DNA of 37,071 nt from a virus (IMGVR_UViG_3300032212_000078:1-37071); one strand, 5' to 3'; shown: positions 17,939 through 26,645, counted from the stretch's first letter. Notes: a model not told the origin generated them from the letters alone. Numbers and translations: made by a program.

Positions 17939-19447
17939 ATGAGCGACTACACGCCCAAGCCCGGCTTCTCTTTTCCAGCCAAACCATCCAAAGAAGCCCT
18001 CGGCTACTTTAGAGCAAAGAAGTTGCGTCCCGGCTTCGACTGGCGTGATGTGTGGCGCGAAGAACACGCTACTAACTTCACCATTGCAAAAGCAATGCAG
18101 CATGATGTACTAACCGATATTCGCCAATCGCTGGATGATGCTTTGAGTGATGGTATTCCCTTCGCGCAATTCAAAAAAGATTTAAAGCCAACATTACAGG
18201 CCAAAGGCTGGTGGGGTGTTAAAGATGTTGTTGATCCGCTAACAGGTGAAACGGTAACGGCGCAGCTCGGCAGCCCACGTCGCCTTAAAACAATTTACCA
18301 AGCAAACATGCGTACCGCTCGCGCGGCGGGTCAGTGGCAGCGTGCGCAACGCACAAAGCGCACACACCCCTATTTTGTTTATGAACTAGGCCCATCAGAA
18401 AATCACCGACCAGAACACGTTGCCTGGGCTGGGTTGATGTTGCCGGTCGATCATCCGTTTTGGCAGAGCCACTACCCGCCGAATGGCTGGGGTTGTAAAT
18501 GCAGGATAAGGCAAGTATCAAAGCGCGAGTATGACCGCTTAAATGAAACCGGTAACTACCTCACTGAAGCGCCAACCATTGAGCAGCGCGAGTGGCTAAA
18601 CAAGCGCACAGGCGAAGTGACGATGGTGCCGCGTGGTATCGATCCCGGCTGGGATACCAATCCAGGCCTCGCCCGTAAAACGACCGCTGAACGGCAATTA
18701 AACGAAAAGAAGGCCGCAGCCACCCGCGTGATTAAAGCGCCGCTACCGGATGCGCCACCCTCGTTATGGCCGCAGGAAGAACCTATGGTTTTCTCAACCA
18801 TCAAGGGAATTGATCAGGCCGGTATCACTGATGTGATAAAGCGCGTACCAGGTGCAGAAAAACAGGTAGCGCAACTCTCGCAATTTCTCGAAGCGCACCC
18901 GATTAAAACCGTTGTTATTAAGGCCGCCGAAATGGCGCGCGGTAAGAGTGCTTATAAGATTGAAAGGGAAATCGGTGGATTTCTAGGCGATCACTGGAAA
19001 CGCTTTGCAATTGGTGCGTTCACTATGGGCAGACCAACGCGTGCGCTAGGCTTCACTAATCGACAGTTTGATCATGTAGTGGTTAAAGCCAGGGCAGCTG
19101 AAAAGCTATCGAAGGCAGACCCCACACATCTGGCCGCCGCAGTTGAGGTGGCGGTGAAAGCAAGCCAGGGATCAGCGCGCACTTGGGCCATTCCAGATGA
19201 GATGTCAGGCCCAGCTCAGACCGTCGGTGTCTGGACGCACGAGATGGGCCACCAGGTGCATTACAAGGCGGGCGCACCCAAAAGACCCGCCGGTCTGCCC
19301 GCATTAACCCGCTACAGCGAGGCCAACGACATGGAGTGGCACGCCGAACATTTCGCCGCCTGGCTGCTAAATCGTGACGCACTGGCAAAATGGGATAAAT
19401 CAGTAGCGGAATATATTGACAAACTGGTCACAACGGCCGTTAAATAG
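17939..19447 (+). CDS. MuF (gp30) head morphogenesis protein with C-terminal HExxH metallopeptidase extension
   Basis: MuF motifs RRLKTIY, HRPEH, PPNGWGCKC, GIDPGWDTNPG. Extension has HEMGH (19238-19252) and TRYS...EWHAEHF. Confidence 0.9.
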   Translation: MSDYTPKPGFSFPAKPSKEALGYFRAKKLRPGFDWRDVWREEHATNFTIAKAMQHDVLTDIRQSLDDALSDGIPFAQFKKDLKPTLQAKGWWGVKDVVDPLTGETVTAQLGSPRRLKTIYQANMRTARAAGQWQRAQRTKRTHPYFVYELGPSENHRPEHVAWAGLMLPVDHPFWQSHYPPNGWGCKCRIRQVSKREYDRLNETGNYLTEAPTIEQREWLNKRTGEVTMVPRGIDPGWDTNPGLARKTTAERQLNEKKAAATRVIKAPLPDAPPSLWPQEEPMVFSTIKGIDQAGITDVIKRVPGAEKQVAQLSQFLEAHPIKTVVIKAAEMARGKSAYKIEREIGGFLGDHWKRFAIGAFTMGRPTRALGFTNRQFDHVVVKARAAEKLSKADPTHLAAAVEVAVKASQGSARTWAIPDEMSGPAQTVGVWTHEMGHQVHYKAGAPKRPAGLPALTRYSEANDMEWHAEHFAAWLLNRDALAKWDKSVAEYIDKLVTTAVK

Positions 19448-19468
19448 CAATAGATCATAGGGGTAAAT

Positions 19469-19678
19469 ATGTCTCAAGATAGCCCAGCATTCCAGGAGGC
19501 CTTCGCCATCCTGAAGAAAGAACCGCTTACGATGGCGGATTTGACTCGTCTGGAGGAATTAGAGGCGGATATTCGCCCGGATGAGCAGGAGAAGTACGGC
19601 TATCTTTATGAGGGCTATTTTGCCGCCGCAGACCTGTCAAATGACGAAAACCAGAATAACGCCTCAGAAGCCCTGTAA
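19469..19678 (+). CDS. Small acidic protein, candidate immunity protein
   Basis: 69 aa, D/E-rich, directly downstream of the MuF-peptidase, GGGG RBS. Confidence 0.6.
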   Translation: MSQDSPAFQEAFAILKKEPLTMADLTRLEELEADIRPDEQEKYGYLYEGYFAAADLSNDENQNNASEAL

Positions 19679-19800
19679 GGCCCGATCCCGCTTTACCCGC
19701 AACATCCACGCCCCTCAAAACCCATTAAACGTTTCTGAATCGATTTAAACGCCCCTCCCGGCGACCTGAATCACTTCGGGTGGTAAAATCCCGCGCGGGG
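19658..19800. other. Candidate strong-gyrase-site-like central element
   Basis: Near the genome centre, upstream of gene I as in Mu; phased AAACG/TTAAACG tracts. Confidence 0.45.
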
Positions 19801-19831
19801 TGGTATTACTGTTCCCAGCATCGGAAATCCA

Positions 19832-19886
19832 CAAGCCGGAACGCGTTCCCGTCTACAGCCTGAGTCTTGTTCGTCACAATGGCGAC
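19832..19886 (+). promoter_or_regulatory. Late promoter 2 (PI-like)
   Basis: CAAGCCGGAACGCGTTCC...CTACAG, CACAAT at 19875-19880, ATG at 19887. Same geometry as 9732. Confidence 0.8.
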
Positions 19887-20939
19887 ATGTTCAGAAATTC
19901 CCCACTTGCCATTGCGCTAAATTCAGCCCTCGAAGCTACTGCCGATAATGGCCAGCTTTGTGTTGCATTCAATTTCGCCATGCCGGACGACGGCAGCGTG
20001 CCGGAATGGGTGCAGCTGATTCCGCCTGGTCGAGATGTCGTCGGTATCGATGGCCGCTCATGGCTTAACGATCAGCCGCAAGGTGTTGTCGATTATTTCA
20101 CCGCGCTGCAATCCAAAGGCCGCGATCTGGTTTTTGATTTCGAGCATTCAACCGAACTTAAAGCGCCTAAAGGTGAGAACGCCCCGGCTGCCGCATGGGG
20201 TAAGGCGATGGAGATTCGCGGCGATGGTGAGATATGGGCGAAACCGGACTGGAACGCAATCGGCCAAAACGCGGTCGGCAATAAAGAGTACCGCTACATC
20301 TCCCCCGTTTTGATTTTTGAAAAATCCACGCGCCGTATCGTCGGCATTAAATCTGTTGGGTTAACCAACAACCCCAATCTATTCGTCACCGCCCTCAATC
20401 AAGCGCAGGGCAAACAATCAAACCAAGAGGATAAACCAATGGAAGAATTTCTGAAGGCGCTATGTCAGGCGTTGGGTATCGATACAAGTGGTGGTAAAGA
20501 TCAAGTGATTGCCGAAATCAGCACGTTAAAGCGGGATAAAGATACCGCATTAAACCAGGCGCAGAATCCCAGTCTGGATAAGTTTGTACCGCGCAGTGAT
20601 CATGAACTCGCACTTAATCGCGCAACAACGGCAGAGAGTGCGTTGGCGGAAATTAAAAAAACCGCGCTCAATGGTGAGATTGAAACCGCGATCAATCAGG
20701 CGTTAAAAGATCGCAAGATCACACCGGCCTCAGTCGAGTACCACACAGCACGGTGTCAGCAGGAAGGTGGCCTGGATGAGTTCAATAAGTACGTTGAAGC
20801 CCAACCAGTGATCACCGCCGAAAGCGGCCTGGACAAGAAAGACCCGAACGACGAAACCGGCACCGCGATGAATGCCGCAGAGCAAGCGCTAGCGGATCAA
20901 TTCGGTAACAGCGCTGAAGACCTGGCGAAGTACGGTTAA
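19887..20939 (+). CDS. I: Prohead protease I (Mu gp32-like)
   Basis: PEWVQLIP, DGR, DFEH, APAAAW, EYRYISPV, GLTNNPNL. Confidence 0.93.
   Translation: MFRNSPLAIALNSALEATADNGQLCVAFNFAMPDDGSVPEWVQLIPPGRDVVGIDGRSWLNDQPQGVVDYFTALQSKGRDLVFDFEHSTELKAPKGENAPAAAWGKAMEIRGDGEIWAKPDWNAIGQNAVGNKEYRYISPVLIFEKSTRRIVGIKSVGLTNNPNLFVTALNQAQGKQSNQEDKPMEEFLKALCQALGIDTSGGKDQVIAEISTLKRDKDTALNQAQNPSLDKFVPRSDHELALNRATTAESALAEIKKTALNGEIETAINQALKDRKITPASVEYHTARCQQEGGLDEFNKYVEAQPVITAESGLDKKDPNDETGTAMNAAEQALADQFGNSAEDLAKYG
20439..20939 (+). CDS. Z: Scaffold protein Z (in-frame internal start in gene I)
   Basis: GAGGA RBS before in-frame ATG 20439 (MEEFLKAL); Mu Z is made this way. Confidence 0.75.
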   Translation: MEEFLKALCQALGIDTSGGKDQVIAEISTLKRDKDTALNQAQNPSLDKFVPRSDHELALNRATTAESALAEIKKTALNGEIETAINQALKDRKITPASVEYHTARCQQEGGLDEFNKYVEAQPVITAESGLDKKDPNDETGTAMNAAEQALADQFGNSAEDLAKYG

Positions 20940-20991
20940 TAACCGACCGACTCACAAATAAACAGCCCGATAAAGTTAAGAGGATTTAAAC

Positions 20992-21402
20992 ATGGTTGCA
21001 CTCACTGAAGATCGTAACACCAAGATGCAGGATGCCGAGCTAGTTGCGCAGCCGGTTGCCGCGAATGCCGTCTGTCATGCGGGTGGCTTGGCGGTGCTTA
21101 ATGCGACCGGCTTTGCCGCACCCGGCACCACCGCGCTTAACCTGCTTTCGTTTGGTCGCTTTGAACAGGCGGTAGATAACACAGGTGGTGCAGATGGCGA
21201 TCAAGAAATTTTGATTCGCCGAGGCAAAGCGTTCTACTGGCAAAACCACGGCGCGGACTTAGTTGCGCAGGCGAACGTCCGTCAAAACTGTTTCATCGTA
21301 GATGATCAAACGGTAGCCGCCACCAATGGCGCGGGCACTCGCTCAATCGCGGGTGTCGTTGTTGCCGTTGATGCCAATGGCGTCTGGGTTGAAGCGCCGT
21401 AG
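20992..21402 (+). CDS. Capsid decoration/cement-like protein
   Basis: ALTEDRNT, VDNTGGADG, CFIVDDQTV, GVWV; lies between protease and major capsid genes. Confidence 0.8.
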   Translation: MVALTEDRNTKMQDAELVAQPVAANAVCHAGGLAVLNATGFAAPGTTALNLLSFGRFEQAVDNTGGADGDQEILIRRGKAFYWQNHGADLVAQANVRQNCFIVDDQTVAATNGAGTRSIAGVVVAVDANGVWVEAP

Positions 21403-21427
21403 TAAATACAGCTTAACTCCCGCATAA

Positions 21428-21447
21428 CAGCCCCTTCAATGGGGCTG
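21428..21447 (+). other. Intergenic stem-loop upstream of the capsid gene
   Basis: CAGCCCC-TTCAAT-GGGGCTG, no U-tract. Confidence 0.5.
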
Positions 21448-21496
21448 CGTGGGTGAAAAAAACACCAAGCTCATAGAATCGTAAGAGGATTACATC

Positions 21497-22579
21497 ATGA
21501 AACGAATTTTAACTATCACCCTCGGGCTATTGGCTTGCGTGGGTGTCTCTTTTGCCGCCATTGCTGATGCGCCGTTATCAGCCGAGGCCGTGACCATGTT
21601 AGCGCTCAGTGATATGAATGGCGCTAGTGTGCTGCCGTTTCTCGGCGCGGCGGGTTTGATTGTGAATAAAGAAACGTTAGATGGTTTGGCGAGGAATATT
21701 AAAACAACCTTTCAGAAGGCATTAGATGCCGTTACTGGCACGTGGCAAGAGACCACAATGGTAATACCGTCCGGTGGCGCTGAAAATGATTATAAGTGGC
21801 TCACTAACTGGCCGCAGATGCGTGAGTGGATTGGTGACAAGGTAATCAACAGTTTAAAAGCGGCAAAGTATGTGCTGGCTAATAAAGACTGGGAAGCAAC
21901 CATCGAAGTTGATCGTAATGATATCGATGATGGCAATCTAGGTGGTTACTCAGTTCAGGCTGAAATGATTGGGCAATCGGCGGGTGAATTTTTTGATGAT
22001 CTTGATGCTGGTTTGAAAAACAATGCATTCATAAGTAAGTGTTACGACGATCAATTTTTTTACGATACCGATCATCCTGTCGAAGATGCTGGCGGTGATA
22101 CTGTCAGTGTGAGCAACAGAGGCACAGCCGTGTTATCGAATGCGGGTTTAGCCGCCGCCGAAGCCAGTATCGGTGCCGCTCAAATCGCGATCATGAACGT
22201 CACTCGTGATGGTGGTAAAAAATTAAATCTTCAAGGTAATTTGCTAGAGGTTCCGGGTGCATTAAAAAATGTTGCCAACATGCTGGCTAATAACGAAAAG
22301 CTAGCGGACGGTTCACCTAACCCATTCAAGGGGCAGTTCACCGTTAAGGTCAATCCGTTGCTTACTTCGAATACCGCATGGATGTTGCATGTCACCACTA
22401 AGAAGGTGAAACCCTTTCTTATTCAAGAGCGCAAGAAGCCTGTCTTTGTTTCGATGACCGACGCATCAAATAGCGAATCCGTCTTTATGCGCAAGAAGTT
22501 CCTCTACTCCGTTGAAGCACGTGCGGTGCCTGGTTACGGGTTCTGGCAGCTAAGCTACGGCTCAACCGGCGCAGGTTAA
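21497..22579 (+). CDS. T: Major capsid protein (Mu gpT) with hydrophobic N-terminal extension
   Basis: YKWL..WPQMREWIGD, NKDWEATIEVDRNDIDD, CYDDQFFYDTDHPV, KPFLIQERK, GYGFWQL; AGAGGA RBS. Confidence 0.95.
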   Translation: MKRILTITLGLLACVGVSFAAIADAPLSAEAVTMLALSDMNGASVLPFLGAAGLIVNKETLDGLARNIKTTFQKALDAVTGTWQETTMVIPSGGAENDYKWLTNWPQMREWIGDKVINSLKAAKYVLANKDWEATIEVDRNDIDDGNLGGYSVQAEMIGQSAGEFFDDLDAGLKNNAFISKCYDDQFFYDTDHPVEDAGGDTVSVSNRGTAVLSNAGLAAAEASIGAAQIAIMNVTRDGGKKLNLQGNLLEVPGALKNVANMLANNEKLADGSPNPFKGQFTVKVNPLLTSNTAWMLHVTTKKVKPFLIQERKKPVFVSMTDASNSESVFMRKKFLYSVEARAVPGYGFWQLSYGSTGAG

Positions 22580-22595
22580 TAACCCACCACAAAAA

Positions 22596-22651
22596 AGGGT
22601 GACGTCACCCTAACCACAAAGCAGCCTCGGCGCATCTGCGCCGAGGGATGC
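22596..22651 (+). other. Paired hairpins downstream of the capsid gene
   Basis: AGGGTGACGTCACCCT palindrome (22596-22611); CCTCGGCGCA-TC-TGCGCCGAGG (22625-22646). Confidence 0.55.
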
Positions 22652-22674
22652 CGAATAACTCAAGGTGATTAATC

Positions 22675-23049
22675 ATGGTAGCGAAAAAAAGTGGTGAATC
22701 AGGTGCCAGTGCTGGCAGCACGGCAACAGAAAATTCACTGTCAACGGATCAGGCCAACCAGGCCCCGAAAAAACCTCAATCACTGGGCGGCGGAGTCCAG
22801 CAAGCGCCAGCTGAAAAAGCGCCGGTTAAAAAGACGCCTAAACCAAAAGCGGTGGAAGGTATTCATGTGAAGACCATCCCTGGTCTTAAGTCGTTTCGCC
22901 GTGCAGGTTTTGGTTTTAACCAGGAAGGCATCAGTTTCACTTTGGACGCTCTCTCTGAAGAGCAGCTAGAAGCGTTAGAGAATGAGCCGCATCTGGTGAT
23001 TACACATTGCACACTTGAACTGGATAAAGAATACGTCGGCAAGACGTAA
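22675..23049 (+). CDS. HI1506-like (Mu gp35-like) protein
   Basis: SFRRAGFGF...LSEEQLEALENEPHLVI after a disordered N-terminus. Confidence 0.8.
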   Translation: MVAKKSGESGASAGSTATENSLSTDQANQAPKKPQSLGGGVQQAPAEKAPVKKTPKPKAVEGIHVKTIPGLKSFRRAGFGFNQEGISFTLDALSEEQLEALENEPHLVITHCTLELDKEYVGKT

Positions 23050-23062
23050 GCGGTTTAGGCGA

Positions 23063-23377
23063 ATGGTATACACAACTAACAAGGGCGATCATCTAGTGAT
23101 CTGGATCACGGGAATGACAGCGGTCTATATCGCCGAGGTTCTGCAATCCGAACCGCTAGAAATGAAGGTGATGGAAAGCGGCGAGTTCTCACGTCTTAAA
23201 CCAGGTGATTACATTATCCACGATAAAGAGTCGGCATTAGTCCAGCAGGATGACAAAAATGATACTTGCCTGTTTTTGCAGATGCGCGAAGAAACTCGAT
23301 TACCCCGCGTACAAAGTGGCCTGAAAAGTATGAATATTGAAGACGGCAAGCTCTACGAGATTTTACCAGGTAAATAA
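23063..23377 (+). CDS. Hypothetical protein
   Basis: Fills the gap between gp35 and gp36 on the operon strand; ATG at 23063. Confidence 0.65.
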   Translation: MVYTTNKGDHLVIWITGMTAVYIAEVLQSEPLEMKVMESGEFSRLKPGDYIIHDKESALVQQDDKNDTCLFLQMREETRLPRVQSGLKSMNIEDGKLYEILPGK

Positions 23378-23379
23378 CC

Positions 23380-23805
23380 ATGCCCTACGCCACTCAACAA
23401 AACATCATCGACCGTTACAGTAAAGACCTGCTATTGCTAATTGCAGACCGTGACGGCGATGGCATTGCAGATAGCGAGGTAGTAGACCCCGCCATCAATG
23501 ACGCCAGTGCGGAGATCGATACTTACGTGGCTAAACGTTATGCATTGCCAATGGCCACGCCACTGCCTGAAGTACTCACCCGCCTCTGTGTTGATATTGT
23601 TGTATACCGCCTTGCCGATGGCGCGGATGTTGGCACCGAGGAAAAGCGAGTGCGCTATGACGATGCGCGCTCGTTGCTGCGTTTAATTGCTAAAGGTGAG
23701 GTGACATTAGGCGTAGCAGAAGCCACCACCACATCCAGTGATGTAATTGAGTCAAGCAGCAGTAACCGCCGCTTTAATCGCGATTCAATGAGCGGTTTAT
23801 TGTAA
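23380..23805 (+). CDS. Head-tail adaptor, Mu gp36 (DUF1320)
   Basis: MPYAT, AINDASAEIDTYVAKRYALP, RYDDA...IAKGEVTLG. Confidence 0.92.
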   Translation: MPYATQQNIIDRYSKDLLLLIADRDGDGIADSEVVDPAINDASAEIDTYVAKRYALPMATPLPEVLTRLCVDIVVYRLADGADVGTEEKRVRYDDARSLLRLIAKGEVTLGVAEATTTSSDVIESSSSNRRFNRDSMSGLL

Positions 23806-23807
23806 CG

Positions 23808-24272
23808 ATGAGTACATCACTGGAATTTGATCTCTCATCCATCGACCGCCTCGCGGATCGCATGAATGAACTGGGTCGGCTAGATAAAATTGAACTACTC
23901 GATTCAATCTTTGCCGAAATCGAAACCCAAACCCGCCGTCGCTTGCGCCGTGAAAAGACAGCGCCCGATGGCACGCCCTGGGCAGCATGGTCTGATGAGT
24001 ACGCCGAGACCCGTCATGGTGGCCATAGCTTGCTGATGAATGAAGGCGACCTTGATGATTCCCTGGCACCGTTTATTTATCTTGATGGTTCCGGTGGTGA
24101 GTTCGGTAGCAACCTGGTCTATGCCGCCATTCAACAATTCGGCGGCGAAGAAGTAGACCGGCCCAATCACCCCGCACGTGAATATCTTGGTTTTTCTCAA
24201 GAGAACCTGGACGACATCGAACATATAGTGGATCTCTTTCTTGAAGATCACATCGAGCGGGTAATGCACTAA
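23808..24272 (+). CDS. Virion morphogenesis / tail completion protein (Mu G / P2 S family)
   Basis: APDGTPWAAWS, GSNLVYAAIQQFGG, PAREYLG. Confidence 0.9.
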   Translation: MSTSLEFDLSSIDRLADRMNELGRLDKIELLDSIFAEIETQTRRRLRREKTAPDGTPWAAWSDEYAETRHGGHSLLMNEGDLDDSLAPFIYLDGSGGEFGSNLVYAAIQQFGGEEVDRPNHPAREYLGFSQENLDDIEHIVDLFLEDHIERVMH

Positions 24273-24826
24273 TGAGAAACCTTTTTGAACTTCGCCAGGG
24301 TGTGATTGATGATATCGCCAACAATATGCCTGTTATCGCTGCGCTTGGTAATGTCGTCGTTAAACCCCACGCGGGTAAGTTCGAATCGAAAGAGCTTAAG
24401 AGTATCGGTGCTAAAGCGCCGTGCATATTCATATCAACCGGTGCATTGGGTGGCATTGATAGCGATGCCCTCGGTGACTATGCCGATATCGCTTTTGCCG
24501 CGATCATCGTTACCAAAGACAAACCGGGTATTGGACGGGATGAAGCCGCGATGTTACTCGCCAACTTCCTCGCCGTACATCTCACTGATAACCACTGGGG
24601 TATGGATGAGGTACGCCGCCCCCCGGAAAAGGTAAATGGCCGTAATCTTTATTCTACCGCACTAAAAGAAAACGCTGTTGCGATGTGGGGCTTTACCTGG
24701 TCGCAGTGGATGACGATTGGCGGCATTAGTGATAGCGCTGATTTTGATCAATTCCTAAACCACACTGGCGTAAGCAGTGAGGGTGAAAACGTACCCACCA
24801 CAAACATCGATACAACGTTTCAATAA
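24272..24826 (+). CDS. Tail terminator, Mu gp37-like
   Basis: HAGKF, NHWG, RNLYS, AMWGFTWSQ; syntenic position. Confidence 0.75.
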   Translation: MRNLFELRQGVIDDIANNMPVIAALGNVVVKPHAGKFESKELKSIGAKAPCIFISTGALGGIDSDALGDYADIAFAAIIVTKDKPGIGRDEAAMLLANFLAVHLTDNHWGMDEVRRPPEKVNGRNLYSTALKENAVAMWGFTWSQWMTIGGISDSADFDQFLNHTGVSSEGENVPTTNIDTTFQ

Positions 24827-24838
24827 CAGGAGCCAAAA

Positions 24839-25153
24839 ATGGGCAAGAAAGCAGATATTTATGTAAAGCCAGGATTTGAAGGTGCGGTGGTCCGTATGCC
24901 AGATCGCGGCGGCAAGATCATGCCACCGCACGGCGCACTGGTTCCTAATGTTATTTTTTATCAGCGCCGCATGGCGGATAAAGATTTGGTGAGTATCACT
25001 AAAACAGAATTCGAGAAAGCCGAAAAAGCGGCGCAAAAAACAGCGGGTAAAGATATTAACCAGCGTTTTACTAAGGCGAGAGAAACTGTCGAAGAAACAC
25101 AGCCAGTTAAACCACTAAAGGCTGCCAGTAAAGCCCCAGCAAAGGAGCAATAA
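24839..25153 (+). CDS. Mu gp38-like (DUF2635) protein with Lys-rich tail
   Basis: YVKP...VRMP...MPPHGALVP...FYQRRMADKDL. Confidence 0.85.
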   Translation: MGKKADIYVKPGFEGAVVRMPDRGGKIMPPHGALVPNVIFYQRRMADKDLVSITKTEFEKAEKAAQKTAGKDINQRFTKARETVEETQPVKPLKAASKAPAKEQ

Positions 25154-25156
25154 GCG

Positions 25157-26632
25157 ATGGACTTTAATTTCATCCCAGAAAACATCCGTATTCCAAAGGT
25201 ACTGATTGAGTTTAACGAAAATCTTAGTGCCTCCACTAAGCAGGTACTTAATGCCTGCGTCTGGGGGCAACGCCTCGCAACAGGTACCGTGGCCGCTGGT
25301 GAGGCGCGCCGTATTACCAATGCTGCTCAAGCTGAAGAGTACTGGGGGCGTGGCTCACAGATTGCTGAGATGTTCCGCGTGATCAAGGCGGTTAATCCGT
25401 TTTTTGAGACCTGGGGAATTGCGCTTGATGACGACGTTGCTGGTGTCGCCGGCACTCAAACGATGACGTTTACCGGCAGCGCGACCGAGGCTGGCACACA
25501 TGTCGCTTACATTGGTGGCCGTCGCTATAAGATTGGTGTGGCAAGCGGTGACACGCAGGATGTGCAGGCAACTGCCGCAGCCGATGTTATTAATGCGGAT
25601 GGTCGCCGCTCGGTTGATGCCGCAGTGGACGGCGTAAATGCCAACCAGATAAACCTGGTCGCGCGTCATGATGGCGAAACAGGGAACAGCATTGATTTGC
25701 GGATGAACTACTACGGCGAAAAGACACCCGCCGGTACCGCTGTTGCTTTTGGTGCTGCCACCATGACGGGTGGCACCACCAACCCGGATGTCACCGATGC
25801 CATTAATGCTATGGGTAGCGATTGGTATAACTACATCATTCATCCTTACACTGATGCGGCTAACCTCACTATCATCGAGACGCAGCTCGAACTTAATTAC
25901 CAGCCACCGCGCCAGCAAGGGAGTCGCTCGTTTACTGCGCACCGTGGTACGCATACATCTAGCACTACTTATGGTAACGGTCGTAATAGCGGTCACGTGA
26001 CCTCGTTTGGCACGATGATATCACCCGCGCCAGTCTGGATTTGGGCTGCGATGTGCGGAATTATCAGCGCTGATTCACTAGCTAAACACCCTGCAAAGCA
26101 GATGAATGGTCTTAAGGTGCCTGCTGTTGAGGGGTATGTATTGGCACCTAAGCCGATAGATCGTTGGACAGAAGAAGAGAACAATCTTGCACTGTTTGAT
26201 GGTATCAGCACCTCAACCGTGGGCGCTGATGGTGAGGTTTATCTTCAGTGGGTCATCACGATGTATCAGAAGAATACCGCAGGTATAGAAGACGATGCGC
26301 TACTGCTGGTGAATGATGTCGAGCTACGTGAGCGTGTACGCTTCGAGAAGATAGCCACGTTTGCCCCTTATGCGCGCCACTTGTTGGCTGAGGATAATGC
26401 GCGACCCGCGCCCGGCGTTGAGATGATCCAGCCAAAAAGTGCGCTGGTAGTAATGCTAAACCTCTACCGTAATCAGGAGGCTAAAGGCTGGGTGCAAGAT
26501 TACGAAGGTTATAAGGCAACGGCGCTCGCAGCGATCGATGCTGATGTTAAAACGCGCCTGAATATTGCAGACCAGCCAAAGCATGTTAGACCGCTCGGTG
26601 TGCTGGCTATCAACACACAAACGCGTCGCTAA
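25157..26632 (+). CDS. L: Tail sheath protein (Mu L)
   Basis: FNFIPENIRIP, WGRGSQIAEM, GETGNSI, MTGGTTNPD, EENNLALFDGIST, ITMYQKN. Confidence 0.95.
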   Translation: MDFNFIPENIRIPKVLIEFNENLSASTKQVLNACVWGQRLATGTVAAGEARRITNAAQAEEYWGRGSQIAEMFRVIKAVNPFFETWGIALDDDVAGVAGTQTMTFTGSATEAGTHVAYIGGRRYKIGVASGDTQDVQATAAADVINADGRRSVDAAVDGVNANQINLVARHDGETGNSIDLRMNYYGEKTPAGTAVAFGAATMTGGTTNPDVTDAINAMGSDWYNYIIHPYTDAANLTIIETQLELNYQPPRQQGSRSFTAHRGTHTSSTTYGNGRNSGHVTSFGTMISPAPVWIWAAMCGIISADSLAKHPAKQMNGLKVPAVEGYVLAPKPIDRWTEEENNLALFDGISTSTVGADGEVYLQWVITMYQKNTAGIEDDALLLVNDVELRERVRFEKIATFAPYARHLLAEDNARPAPGVEMIQPKSALVVMLNLYRNQEAKGWVQDYEGYKATALAAIDADVKTRLNIADQPKHVRPLGVLAINTQTRR

Positions 26633-26645
26633 AGGAGAGAGAGTG

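Noticed and set aside
19800-19886. Upstream start for protease I given in the ORF track
   Set aside because: Overlaps the late promoter; ATG 19887 matches the geometry of the endolysin promoter
25355-25996. 213-aa minus-strand ORF and the many other antisense or alternate-frame ORFs inside core genes
   Set aside because: Fully overlap well-supported Mu-like genes; no RBS or motifs
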